A stretch of 64,000 nt of DNA, from contig NC_043020.1 of NCBI RefSeq assembly GCF_006345805.1, positions 26,102,001 to 26,166,000 of the forward strand. Direction: 5' to 3'. The notes beneath the pieces are model-generated. The model was not told where the DNA came from. It worked only from the letters and a program-made list of their open reading frames with translations, and did no database searches. The translations under genes and the position numbers were made by a program. Origin of the DNA: Octopus sinensis. Taxonomy: Eukaryota. The stretch's first letter is position 1, and every line of letters begins with the position of its first letter. Shown piece after piece: positions 53,186 to 64,000 of this stretch.

Positions 53186-54320
53186 GTTGCACACACTTTC
53201 CTTCCTCTTTCCTTTTCTCGCATGCACGCACGCGTGGGTGAGCGCACACACGCACTCACTCTTTAACTGTCCTCACACAGACGCACACCTCTCCATTATC
53301 TAGGTCCCGGTGACACGATCCAAGCTATTGAAATGCCGGTTCTTTGTGTTTAATATTTAATTCTTTCACCAAACTAAATATTAAACCCGAGAAAGCTGTG
53401 TTGTATATTTCTAGCTAATTTGCTTATTAATTAACTAATTAGCCAACATCTGGATATTTGCATAACCAATTTATTAAATGTAAGCCACCCAGTTAACTAA
53501 TTACTGAACAATTTAATTGTGTTACCTGCAACTGACTCTGGCTTCTAGTTGTCGTGGTGCCTACAACTGAATCTGCACACGAGATTCAGACAACTGAGTC
53601 GGTTCACAAGTCGAGTCGGTTCACAAATGAGTCGAGTTTAGAGATGAGTCTCTTTTGTAGTGGAGTTGACTCAAAGTTATGATGGCAATTTAGACGTGTT
53701 GGCTTATAGCTGAGACTGGTCTAATTTACACGAGTTGACTCACAGTTGAGACTAGATTGATTGCTCCAGTTGGCTCATATCAGGTCGATGGGTTTGTGGT
53801 ATTTTAGTCACATCACCTTCGCGTACTGAGTTCAAGTCCCGCCATCGTCAGTTTTTTTTTTTTTTTTCCATCATCTTCTGCTTCGGTAAGGAAACTGGAT
53901 GTAAATTTAGTAGGCCACGCGAAGGACAGGCAGTGTTTATCTATCTGCCGGCTGTAACGAAAGAGGTTGTGTGGTGGACCAGATTGAAAGGGTTGGAGCC
54001 TGGGTGGGGGTCAATGCAATCGACTTCCCCAGACCTGCTGGCCTTATGCCAAAATTAAAACCCATTATTATTATTACTAGGGCTGCCGAAGGCGGCGTGC
54101 TGGCAAAATCGTTAGCACGCTGGACAAAATGCTTAGCGGTATTTCGTCCGTATTTACGTTTTCAGTTGAAATTCCGTTGAGGTCAACTTTGCCCTTCATC
54201 CATTCGGGGGTTGACAAAATAGGTACCAGTTGAGCACTGGGGTCGTTGTAATCGACTTCCCCCGCCCCTTATATTTCAGGCCTTGTGTCTTTAGTAGAAA
54301 GGATTATTATTATTATTATT

Positions 54321-54871
54321 GGGTGAGAGAGCAGTGCATGCCATCAAAGTGACACTGGGGTAAAATATGTGAAGCCCAGTATACCCATCATGACTACCCG
54401 TATGATAAGGGTACATCAGGCACATGCATCACAACCATATATGCGCGACATGGTGATCTCATATCAAGATAAACAGCACATGAACTTGCAGGTGGGGCCC
54501 GGTTAGAATTTTCTTCTGGTCGAGTAACCCATCCCGCTCAAAAGATCCCTGAATAAGGATTGTTTAAGGATGCTGAACGAAACACCCATGTTTTCAAAGG
54601 TGAATTATCCAACCCTCTAAGAATTCCTCTCAACACACGGCTATGATGCTCCCCCACATCTGCTCATGATCAGAGAAGCACATATTGTCAGCCACTAAGG
54701 GGCATGCTTAACTGGTTAAGGTCAAACAACTGACAAGTATTTCTGTAGTATTGAGCAGAATATTTGCTGTAGCCCATCTTTTATACCAAGACAAAACAAT
54801 GTACATGATAACACTTCCAATCAGTTAAGATCAGCAGCCATGAGAGCCACTGTCTGGTACTGCATCAGGGC
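54321..54871 (-). mobile_element. ~550-bp non-coding element in (ATT)n; copy 2
   Basis: Same ends as 39590-40144, in inverted orientation, with (ATT)n on both sides. Confidence 0.75.
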
Positions 54872-54884
54872 TTTTATTATTATT

Positions 54885-55856
54885 ATTATTATTGATATTC
54901 TATGTTTGACTTTTGCTTTACATTTGTACAAGGTGGCTCCAAGTCTCACCCAGAGACCTCAAGAGACAAGTTGGAAGTTCGTGTTGGTGTTATGCCTAGG
55001 GTGCCATATATTTGGTTTTGTACTTAGTGTTGTATTAGTGAATGTCTAAAAACAACATACGAAAATTATGTTTGTTTTAAAACTTGAGATTACAAAGAAA
55101 GTATTTTGCGTAGGATATGAACAGTTCCCATGAGCACTAACTTTTGAATTGCTGCCATTTTGGGGTTTCCTGGTATCTGAGTTAGATAACAATCAGCCCC
55201 TTTTGCTATCATTCCCAGGGCACCTATGACAACAGGTATTGTTTTAGTCTTCAGGTTCCACATTTTGCTGATTTCTATTTCAAGATCTTTATATTTGCTC
55301 AGTTTCTGGTAGGTCTTGACAGATACATTTATATCGATTGGGACAGTCATATCAATGAGGAGGCATGTTCTTTGTCTGAAGTTTTTCAATATGATGTCTG
55401 GCCTATTTGCATCTATCTTTCTGTCAGTTTGAATGGGGAAGTTCCAGAGGAGTGAGATGAGGTCATTTTCAAGCACTGGGGGTGGTTTGTGTTCCCATCA
55501 GTTTTTTTCATGGGGCAAATCCAGGTTTTTGCAGATTACCCAGTGAATATATTGTGCAGCTCTATCATGCCTGTTGAGATACTCTGTAGGCGCTAGAAGA
55601 CTGCACTTGGAGACAACATGATCAATGGTTTCATTTTGTTGTTAACATACACGACATGTTGGGCCACTGCCGTTCTTTAATATGTTGGCCTGGTAGTTTC
55701 TTGTTGGTAGGCATTGATCTTGAGCTGCTATGATAAACCCTTCTGTTTCAGATTTTAAGCCAGAGGCCATTAGCCATTGATGGGTCAGGGCTTTGTCAAC
55801 ATCTGCATTATTCGCTCTCTTTGGGTATTTGCCATAGAGAGGTTTTTCTTGCCATA
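54885..55856 (-). mobile_element. 5'-truncated R4/Dong-clade non-LTR retrotransposon (zinc knuckle plus restriction-like endonuclease)
   Basis: WQEKPLYGKY...LKSETEGFIIAAQDQCLPTRNY...CRVC and NRPDIILKN...LIDMTVP...KLSKYKDL...IPVVIGALG, with a 3' UTR ending in (AAT)n. Confidence 0.9.
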
Positions 55857-56421
55857 TTATTATTGCTGCTGCTGCGGCGGCGAACTGGTTGGACGAAATG
55901 CTTAGTATTTCGCCCGTCGCTATGTTCTGAATCCAAATAAAACATTTCAAATATGGGCGGAATTACGCAAGAGGACAATCTCTCTCGTCAACTTGACTAA
56001 GCTTACAAACTGTGTCAGTTTATGTTGAACTTATTAAGGAAGAAAAACCTTCAATGTTTTCTTTTGTTTGTGTCGTCAAACGATAGTTTTGATAAAAAAG
56101 CGGGGACGGAAGGCGGGAAAGAAAGGGAATAAGATAATAGGATGTGGTGAGAGGTGAACACGACGGACAGGTTGCGTGTGGTGGCTAATGATTAGTGCGT
56201 GTGTGTGTGTGTGTGTGTTTTTTTTTAAGTATTAGGTCACCGTGTGCCAGTTAGTAAAGTCTGGGCGCTGCCAACTGGCTGTGTAATTTTAACTACCTTT
56301 AACAAAAGCTTTGTGTGTGTGTGTGTATGTATATGTTATGTATGGATGGATAGACAGATAGATAGGTAGATACATACATACATACATACATATGCTACGT
56401 GTATGAGTAGATGTGTAAGTG

Positions 56422-56465
<44 letters not shown>

Positions 56466-56511
56466 GGTGAGTGAGTGTATGTGTGTATACACTGATTATA
56501 TTTGTGTGTCC

Positions 56512-56543
<32 letters not shown>

Positions 56544-56649
56544 TTACATGCGTAATATGTGTATATGTGTGTGTATGTGTATATTATATATTTGTGTGCG
56601 TTTTTGTGTATATACATATATACTGTATATTCACACGTGTGTGTATGTG

Positions 56650-57140
56650 TACTGATAGTATTTATTCTCCCTTTCTGTCGACGTAAAGCATCGCTGGTTT
56701 TTACTTACAACAGCTTTTTGTTTTCTTAAATTTTCTTTTCTGAATGTGTGTGTGTGTGTTACACAGTGAACTGAGAAAACGGAGAAAAGCGTGCTTCAGA
56801 GAGAAAACACACACACAAAAAAAAAACACAAACCCGAAACCAACTAACAAACAAAAAATATCAAACACCAGCTTTTTTGGAAACGAGTATTCTGGTAAAG
56901 CGTGGACTGTCTCTCCTCTCTCTGTGTGGGTTCAACGGCGGCGTTGTCCTCGTCGACAGCGGTGAAGGTGGTGGGGTGGGTTTTTTTTTTTAAATACACA
57001 GAGAATAAAAGAATTTAGCAGAGAAAAGAAAGAGAATGTGAGCAAAGACAATGGCGAAACGAGAAAGTGGTTTTGTTACGAGTTGTCTACTTCAGTTGTG
57101 GTTGTTAGTACAACAAATTGACGTTCCCCGTCGACGTATA
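56650..57140. promoter_or_regulatory. Non-repetitive island resembling a first/UTR exon region; strand ambiguous
   Basis: CpG-containing unique sequence. Plus-strand donor ctg|gtaaag at 56895 follows an A-rich leader. Minus-strand acceptor ttttctcag| and donor |gtaagt define 56709-56770. Confidence 0.25.
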
Positions 57141-57160
57141 TATATATATATATACTATAT

Positions 57161-57208
<48 letters not shown>

Positions 57209-58064
57209 CTTTATTGTAGTGTTTGTGTATATTGTAGTATATAAGTCATTGTATAGCTTTAGAGAAAGGAGATATACCGTTAAGTGTTAAATGCTAGTCT
57301 TTTGTTGTTGGGTGAGTTCAGATACACTCAGCTACGAGTGTGTGTGTATATATATATATATACGTACATACGTACGTACACAAGCGCTTATAGACTGGCT
57401 CTCTCACCCCGCATGTATACACATATATACATACACACAGACCTCCCCCACTCTGTACTTAATCACATGTATGCTTAACTCACATAGTAACACCTACGTA
57501 GACACGCTCACTCAAAGAGCACACACACATTAAATACACACTCACAGATACATCCGCATACACGCACCCACACACACATACGCGTACACATGTACACAAG
57601 CAGACGTATATATAAATCGACTTAAAATACGTCCATTTTCATACTCATTAATCTACTGAAATACACACACACACAGTCGTATGACACACACTTAATGACA
57701 GAGGAAGACATTTTCATATACCTATTTCTTTACTACCCACAAGGGGCTAAACACAGAGAGGACAAACAAGGACAGACAAACGGGTCAAGTCGATAATTCG
57801 ATCCCAGTGCGTAACTGGTACTTATTTATACCCCGAAATGCGGAAGACCTCGGCATTGACAAGAATCGACGACGAGAACAACGTCAAACCGACATAGGCG
57901 GCAATTTCGACTCAGCGTCGACCGCATTCGCTCGCGAAATACGTGCTACCGATAAGCATTCCCAGCGGCTACCGATCTGCCCAGCTCGCCAAATCCCGCG
58001 GTCGTTTATATACATAAACGTTTACACACACACACATACAGACACCATCACATAATGTGTTATA

Positions 58065-58440
58065 TGAAGCTTGCTTCCCAACCAGGTGCTTCCGGGTTTA
58101 GAGTCTCACATCATGGCACCTTGAGCAAGTTTCTTCAATTTATATGGCCTCTGGCCGACCGAAGCTGTGTGAATGGATTTAGTAGGCGGAAACTGAAAGA
58201 CGCCCGTCGTATAAGATATATATATATGTATGTGTGTGTGTGTCTGTGTTTTGTTTCACCACCCCGCTTGACAAACGGTGTTGGTGTGTTTACGTCCCCC
58301 TAACTTTGCGGTTCAGCAAGAAACCGATTTAATTACCAGGCTTAAAAAAAGAGCCCTGGGGTCGATTTATTCGACTAAAAGCCCGTTAAGGCGGTGATCT
58401 CTCCAGTATGGCCGCAGTCAAATGACTGAAACAAAAGAAT
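58065..58440 (+). mobile_element. SINE family B
   Basis: Degenerate head-to-tail match ending ggccgcagtcaaatgactgaaac. Confidence 0.78.
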
Positions 58441-58850
58441 ATAAATATGCATATATATATATGTTTGTATATGTATGTATATATATGTTTGTATATGTAT
58501 GTATATATATGTGTGTATTTGTATGTATATATGTATAAGTGTATATATATATATATGTATATATGTATAAGTATATATGTATATATGTATAAGTATATAT
58601 GTATATATGTATAAGTATATATGTATATATGTATAAGTATATATGTATATATGTATAAGTATATATATGTATAAGTATAGATATAATATATGTATAAGTA
58701 TATATATATGTATAATATATATATGTATAAGTATATATATATATATATATATGTATAATATATGTATATATATGTATAAGTATATATATGTATATATGTG
58801 TAAGTATATATATATATATATATATAGATATATATATATATATATAATGT

Positions 58851-59152
58851 ACTAGCAGTATCGCCCGGCGTTGCTCGGGTTTGTAAGGGAAATAACTATA
58901 TAAGCATTTTAGAGAGTTACTTTCCTTATATAATAGCAAAAAATGCATTAAAATGGGAAAAAATGATGGTAATTTTTTTTTAACCGTAGACTCATCGTAG
59001 ACGCGCGCTAATACCCAGAAGGGCTCGATATAAATGACGACTATAAGATACCCGCTTTTGGTAAACTGCACCGCCAAAATGTTGGAAGAAGTAGTTAGGA
59101 ATCTAAATCGTAGGAGACAGACACACACACAACTTCAGTTTTATATATAGAT
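58851..59152 (-). mobile_element. Non-autonomous Helitron/Helentron-like element (internally shorter copy)
   Basis: actagcagtatcgcccggcgttgctcggg at the left end and ttttatatatagata at the right end. Homologous to 8711-9107. Confidence 0.72.
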
Positions 59153-59167
59153 ATATGTATAAGTATA

Positions 59168-59210
<43 letters not shown>

Positions 59211-60029
59211 AGTATATATATATATATAATATATATGTAAGTATATATATATATATATAAGTATATATATATATATATGTATAAGTATATATATATATGT
59301 ATATAATGTATAAGTATATATATATGTATATATATGTATAAGTATATATATATGTATAAGTATATATATATATATATATGTATACACACACATAATATAT
59401 ATATATATATATATATATTGCTTATTCACACACATATATATATATATATATATATACTTGCTTATTCACTCACATATACACCTTCACTTATACACTCATT
59501 TTTTCACACACATATGTACACATACGCTTACACATCCACACTCGTCCTTTCACACACACACACACCTATACACACGCATACAAACACATACCCCCCTACC
59601 CCTGCACTACACAGTTAACCACATGAAACACACCGAAACAAACAACACACCCACCACCAACCCCATACACCTTTTCATCCCACCACCACCGCACATCAAT
59701 TACGACTACCCCACCCCACATCACATTTACATCCTCTCCCCTCCCCCACATCACACAAACATTACAACACCTCCCCCCGCTCCGCCACCTGTTGTATAAA
59801 TACTATTTGTCATATAACACTAGTATCTCACGGATTTTGAATACAAAACTTGCTTAAAGAGTTTTGTCTAAATTACCGAACGAACACCTTGCTTGTATAA
59901 TTGTGATAGGAACGTGATGTGTGAATATGTGTATAATATAAAATGTGTTACATATTGACACGGTTGAGTGGTTAACGAAGTTTATTTCGTAACCTTGAGG
60001 TTCTGGGTTTGATCGCCCCATACTACATG

Positions 60030-60178
60030 TAGTGGTTGGCGTTGGGAAGGGCATCCAGCTGTAGAAACAGCCAGATCAGATTGGAGCCTGGTGCAGCCAT
60101 CTGGCTCGGTAGTTCTCACAGTCAAATCGTCCAACCCATGCCAGCATGGAAAGCGGACGTTAAACGATGATGATGATG
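60030..60178 (+). mobile_element. RTE-type 3' UTR fragment with (GAT)n tail
   Basis: ggcgttgggaagggcatccagctgtagaaac...ccaacccatgccagcatggaaagcggacgttaaacgatgatgatgatg (recall of RTE 3' ends). Confidence 0.6.
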
Positions 60179-60380
60179 TTTTGCTGAACCACTAAGTTAC
60201 GGGGATGCAAACACATCAACATCAGCCATCAAGTGATGGCTGGTGGACAAACACAGACACAGATACAAACACATATATATATATATAGGGAGAGTTTACG
60301 AAAAAAACAATAAAAGACGAAGACAGGTGGTATACAAAACAAACAGATGTATTAGTATAACGCTCAGGAATAGAAACAGT

Positions 60381-60416
60381 CTTTTACGTTTCGAGCCTAC
60401 GCTCTTCTGCAGAAAG
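60381..60416 (-). ncRNA. Variant-core hammerhead motif (CUGCAGA)
   Basis: cttt-CTGCAGA-A-GAGC(gtag)GCTC-GAAA-CGT-A-aaag, inside a 60288-60478 copy of the 195-bp family. Confidence 0.55.
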
Positions 60417-60484
60417 GGATAGAAAAAACAAGGAGAGAAAAAAATGTGTGTGTAGTGGCTAACGCTCTATCATGGCGATTATAT

Positions 60485-60529
<45 letters not shown>

Positions 60530-60784
60530 ATATTATATATTGTTTGTTCTTGTTTCAGTCATTTGACTGTGGCCATGATCATCATTATCATCATCATCAC
60601 TATTAACGTTCTGAGTTCAGATACCACTAAGAAGGGGGTGCGATAAAATAAGTACCAAGTGAGTATTGGGGTCAGTGTAATCAACTCAGCCCCTGCCCTG
60701 AAATTTCTTGCCTTGTGCTTTCAGGAGAGAGGATTATTATTATTATTTTTATTCTTCTTATTATTATTTTTATTAATTAATTAA

Positions 60785-60990
60785 GGGGCGAGCTGGCAGA
60801 ATTGTTACTGCACCAGAGAAAATACTTCGTCCGTCTTCGCATTCTGAGTTCAAATTCCGCCGAGGCCGACTTTGCCTTTCATCCTTTTGGGGTTGATAAA
60901 TTAAGTACCAGTTACACACTGGGGTCGATGTAATCAACTTAATCCATTCCCCCTAATTTTAAGCTTTGTGCTTCCAGCAGAATAGAAAGA
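60785..60990 (+). mobile_element. SINE family A
   Basis: ggcgagctggcagaattgtt...gttctgagttcaaattccgccgagg...ggtcgatgtaatcaact. Confidence 0.8.
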
Positions 60991-61029
60991 ATTAAATATA
61001 TTATTATTATTATTTATTATCATTATTAT

Positions 61030-64000
61030 AGAGCCCATGCCTTCCACACCCTCAGGGTTGGCACCCTCAACGTTGGCACTCTGAAAGGTAGGTCTGGTGA
61101 GATAGTCGAGATGCTTGAACGGAGATGTGTGGATATATGTTGCATGCAAGAAATAAGGTGGAGAGGAGGATCAGCTAGGTTCCTCACAGGCAAGGAACGC
61201 AGGTACAAGATTTTCTGGGCAGGGAACACTGACGGGGTTGGTGGCGTGGGTATACTTATCGCTGAGAAATGGGTAGATAAAGTAATGAGGTAATCAGAGT
61301 AAGTGACAGAATACTTAAGATTAGATTAGTGCTTCATCATAGTTTAGCAACCATTATATCAGCCTATGCTCCTCAGTCGGGGCTACCCGATGGACAGAAA
61401 GACCGATTCTATGACACTCTACTGCAGACTACCTCATTGACGAACGACAGAGACCTTATCTTTGTGGCTGGTGACTTCAATGGTCACGTTGGACGACATG
61501 CTGGGGGCTTCCATGGCGTACATGGAGGCTATGGCTATGGCTCCCGCAACGAGGAGGGAACCAGGCTGCTGGAGTTCTGCGATGCAAATAATCTTATGAT
61601 TTGCAACACTAACTTCAGGAAACCTACCAGCCACCTAGTCACTACCAATCGGGCCAACATACCAGCCAAATTGACTACATCCTTACAAGGCAAAGGGAGA
61701 GATGGCTGCTTATAAATGCCAAAACCTTCCCAGGTGAAGAATGTACCCCACAACATAGACTGGTAGTTAGTGACTTTAGGATCAGGACTAGGAGGACAAC
61801 CAGAAGACGACAAATATGGAGAAGAAGGATCTGGAAGCTTAAAGATCCTGCAAATGGACAGAGATTTAGGGACATATTACTTGAAGCCTCTGACGAAGTA
61901 GAAGGGGATAGAGCATCACAGGGGGTAGAAGACAGCTGGACGTTTCTAAGGGACAACCTGCTGAGAGCCACTGACCAGATCTGTGGCTGGTGCAAAGTCC
62001 CCTCTCGACCTAGAATAACGTGGTGGTGGAACAATATTGTAGACAGGGCTATTAGAGAAAAGAGACAGGCTTGGAAGGTCTGGAAAAATGGGGGTAGCAG
62101 GGAATTGTATCAGACTGCCAAAAGAGAAGCTAGGAGACAGGTTTATTTAGCCAGAGGGGAAGCAGATAAGAAAAAATTTGCCAATGTTCTGCGCCGTGAG
62201 GACCAAAGACTGGAGGTGTTTCGTGTTGCAAGACAGTGGTGAGAGAGAATCGTGATGTGGTAGGAGAGAAGTGTGTTCGCATGGAAGATGGTTCACTTGC
62301 GCTAAATGAGGATGCAAGAGAGAGGTTTGGAGATGCCACTATGAAAGGTTGCTGAATGAAGAAAATGAATGGGATAAAGAGAGTCTGCCGAATGTTGACC
62401 CAACAGAGGGACCAGCTATCGAGTTGATAGTTCTGTGGTAGCTAAGGCAATTAGAAGCATGAAGACAGGGAAAGCCCCAGGCCCATCAGGAATCACTGCA
62501 GAGATGCTCAAAATGTCTGGTAGTGTCGGCTATAGCCTAGTCACCCATATAGTTAATCAGGTGATACACAAAGGGGTCATACCCAATGACTGGTGTAGCA
62601 GTATAATAGTCAACTGCTACAAAGGTAAAGGTGATGCCCTAGATACAAATAACTACAGAGGTATCAAGCTGTTGGACCAGGTGATGAAGGTTACGGAGAG
62701 GGTCATAGCCCAACTAATTAGAGAGAGAGTTAGTTTAGATGAGATGCAGTTTGGGTTTGTGCCAGGGAAAAGTACTACTGATGCTATATTCCTGGTAAGG
62801 CAGCTGCAGGAGAAATACCTAGCCAAAGATAAGCCCCTGTACCTGGCTTTTGTTGACATGGAGAAAGCCTTCGACAGGGTCCCCCGATCCCTTATCTGGT
62901 GGGCAATGAGGAAAACTAGGGATAGATGAATGGTTAGTGAGAGCTGTGCGGGCCATGTATAGGGACGCCGCTAGTAGGGTGAGGGTTGGAAATGAGTACA
63001 GTGAAGAATTCCGGGTAGAGGTAGGGGTCCACCAAGGCTCAGTACTCAGCCCCCTCCTATTTATCATAGTCCTCCAGGCAATAACGGAGGAATTCAAGAC
63101 AGGATGCCCTTGGAGCTCCTCTATGCTGATGACCTTGCTCTAATTGCTGAGTCGCTATCAGAACTGGAGGAGAAGTTTCAGGTGTGGAAACAAGGATTAG
63201 AATCGAAGGGCCTCAGAGTCAATCTAGCTAAAACCAAAGTCGTAATCAGTAGGAAGGTAGACAAATCACAAACACCTTCAGGTAGATGGCCCTGCTCGAT
63301 CTGTAGAAAAGGTGTAGTAGTAGAAACTCTATAAGATGCACCAAGTGTAAGCTATGGACACATAAGAGATGCAGCAATGTCAAAGGAAGGCTAACTAGGA
63401 AGATGGTTTTTGTATGTGGCAGATGCTCAGGAACAATAAACACTGAAAATGCTCTGAGACCAACTTCCGTCACTTTCCAGGGAGAAAAACTAGAAATAGT
63501 TGATAGTTTCCGTTACCTAGGTGACCAAGTCAGCAGCGGGGGCGGGTGTGCTGAAAGTGTAACTGCTAGAGTAAGAATAGCTTGGGCAAAGTTCAGAGAG
63601 CTCTTACCTCTGCTGGTGACAAAAGGCCTCTCGCACAGAGTGAAAGGCAGACTGTATGATGCGTGTGTACGAACAGCCATGCTACATGGCAGTGAAACAT
63701 GGGCCGTGACTGCTGAGGATATGCGTAAGCTCGCTAGAAATGAAGCCAGTATGCTCCGATGGATGTGTAATGCCGTGTACTCACACTCGGCAGAGTGTAA
63801 GTACCTTGAGAGAAAAGCTGGACCTAAGAAGCATCAGTTGTGGTGTGCAAGAGAGACGTTTGCGCTGGTATGGTCATGTGGCGAGAATGGATGAAGATAG
63901 TTGTGTGAAAAAGTGCCACACCCTAGCGGTTGAGGGAACCTGTGGAAGAGGCAGACCCAGGAAAACCTGGGACGAGGTGGTGAAGCACGACCTTCGAACT
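61030..64000 (+). mobile_element. RTE-clade LINE (AP endonuclease, RT, PHD-like finger), frameshifted, runs off the window
   Basis: LRVGTLNVGTL...DICCMQEIRWRG, SAYAPQ, AGDFNGHVG, GKAPGPSGI, YRGIKLL, QFGFVPGKSTTDAIF, FVDMEKAFDRV, GVHQGSVLSP, LLYADDL, FRYLG. Confidence 0.95.

Noticed and set aside
57800-57990. Apparently novel scrambled sequence (also 59560-59800)
   Set aside because: It aligns loosely to SINE family A or (CA)n with dense indels. This is most likely unpolished long-read error.

Overview
AT-rich, repeat-dense metazoan DNA, most likely an Octopus genome. This is inferred from recalled octopus SINE families and the microsatellite style, not from a database search. It is a long-read assembly with a 100-N scaffold gap at 19243-19342 and some apparently unpolished stretches. 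Almost all listed ORFs are microsatellite artefacts. The only well-supported host coding sequence is a ~1.1-kb low-complexity exon (poly-T/A/Q/N) with phase-0 splice sites at both ends. It occurs twice in tandem (24590-25684 and 26269-27369) and the gene is unidentified. Recognisable mobile elements are a Neptune-like Penelope element (RT plus GIY-YIG, ~12.0-15.7 kb, minus), an RTE LINE with an internal PHD-type finger (61.0-64.0 kb), an R4/Dong 3' half, HERO and maT/Tc1-mariner remnants, Helitron-like and hAT-like non-autonomous elements, and many copies of two tRNA-type SINE families. The main hunt result is at least seven minimal type-I hammerhead ribozyme motifs, plus a hammerhead-like core in a ~495-bp tandem array. 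They lie in short non-coding elements, most of which abut (TA)n tracts and several of which form head-to-head inverted pairs. This looks like a Penelope-mobilised, retrozyme-like system next to a candidate autonomous partner. No CRISPR, rRNA or true tRNA genes were found.
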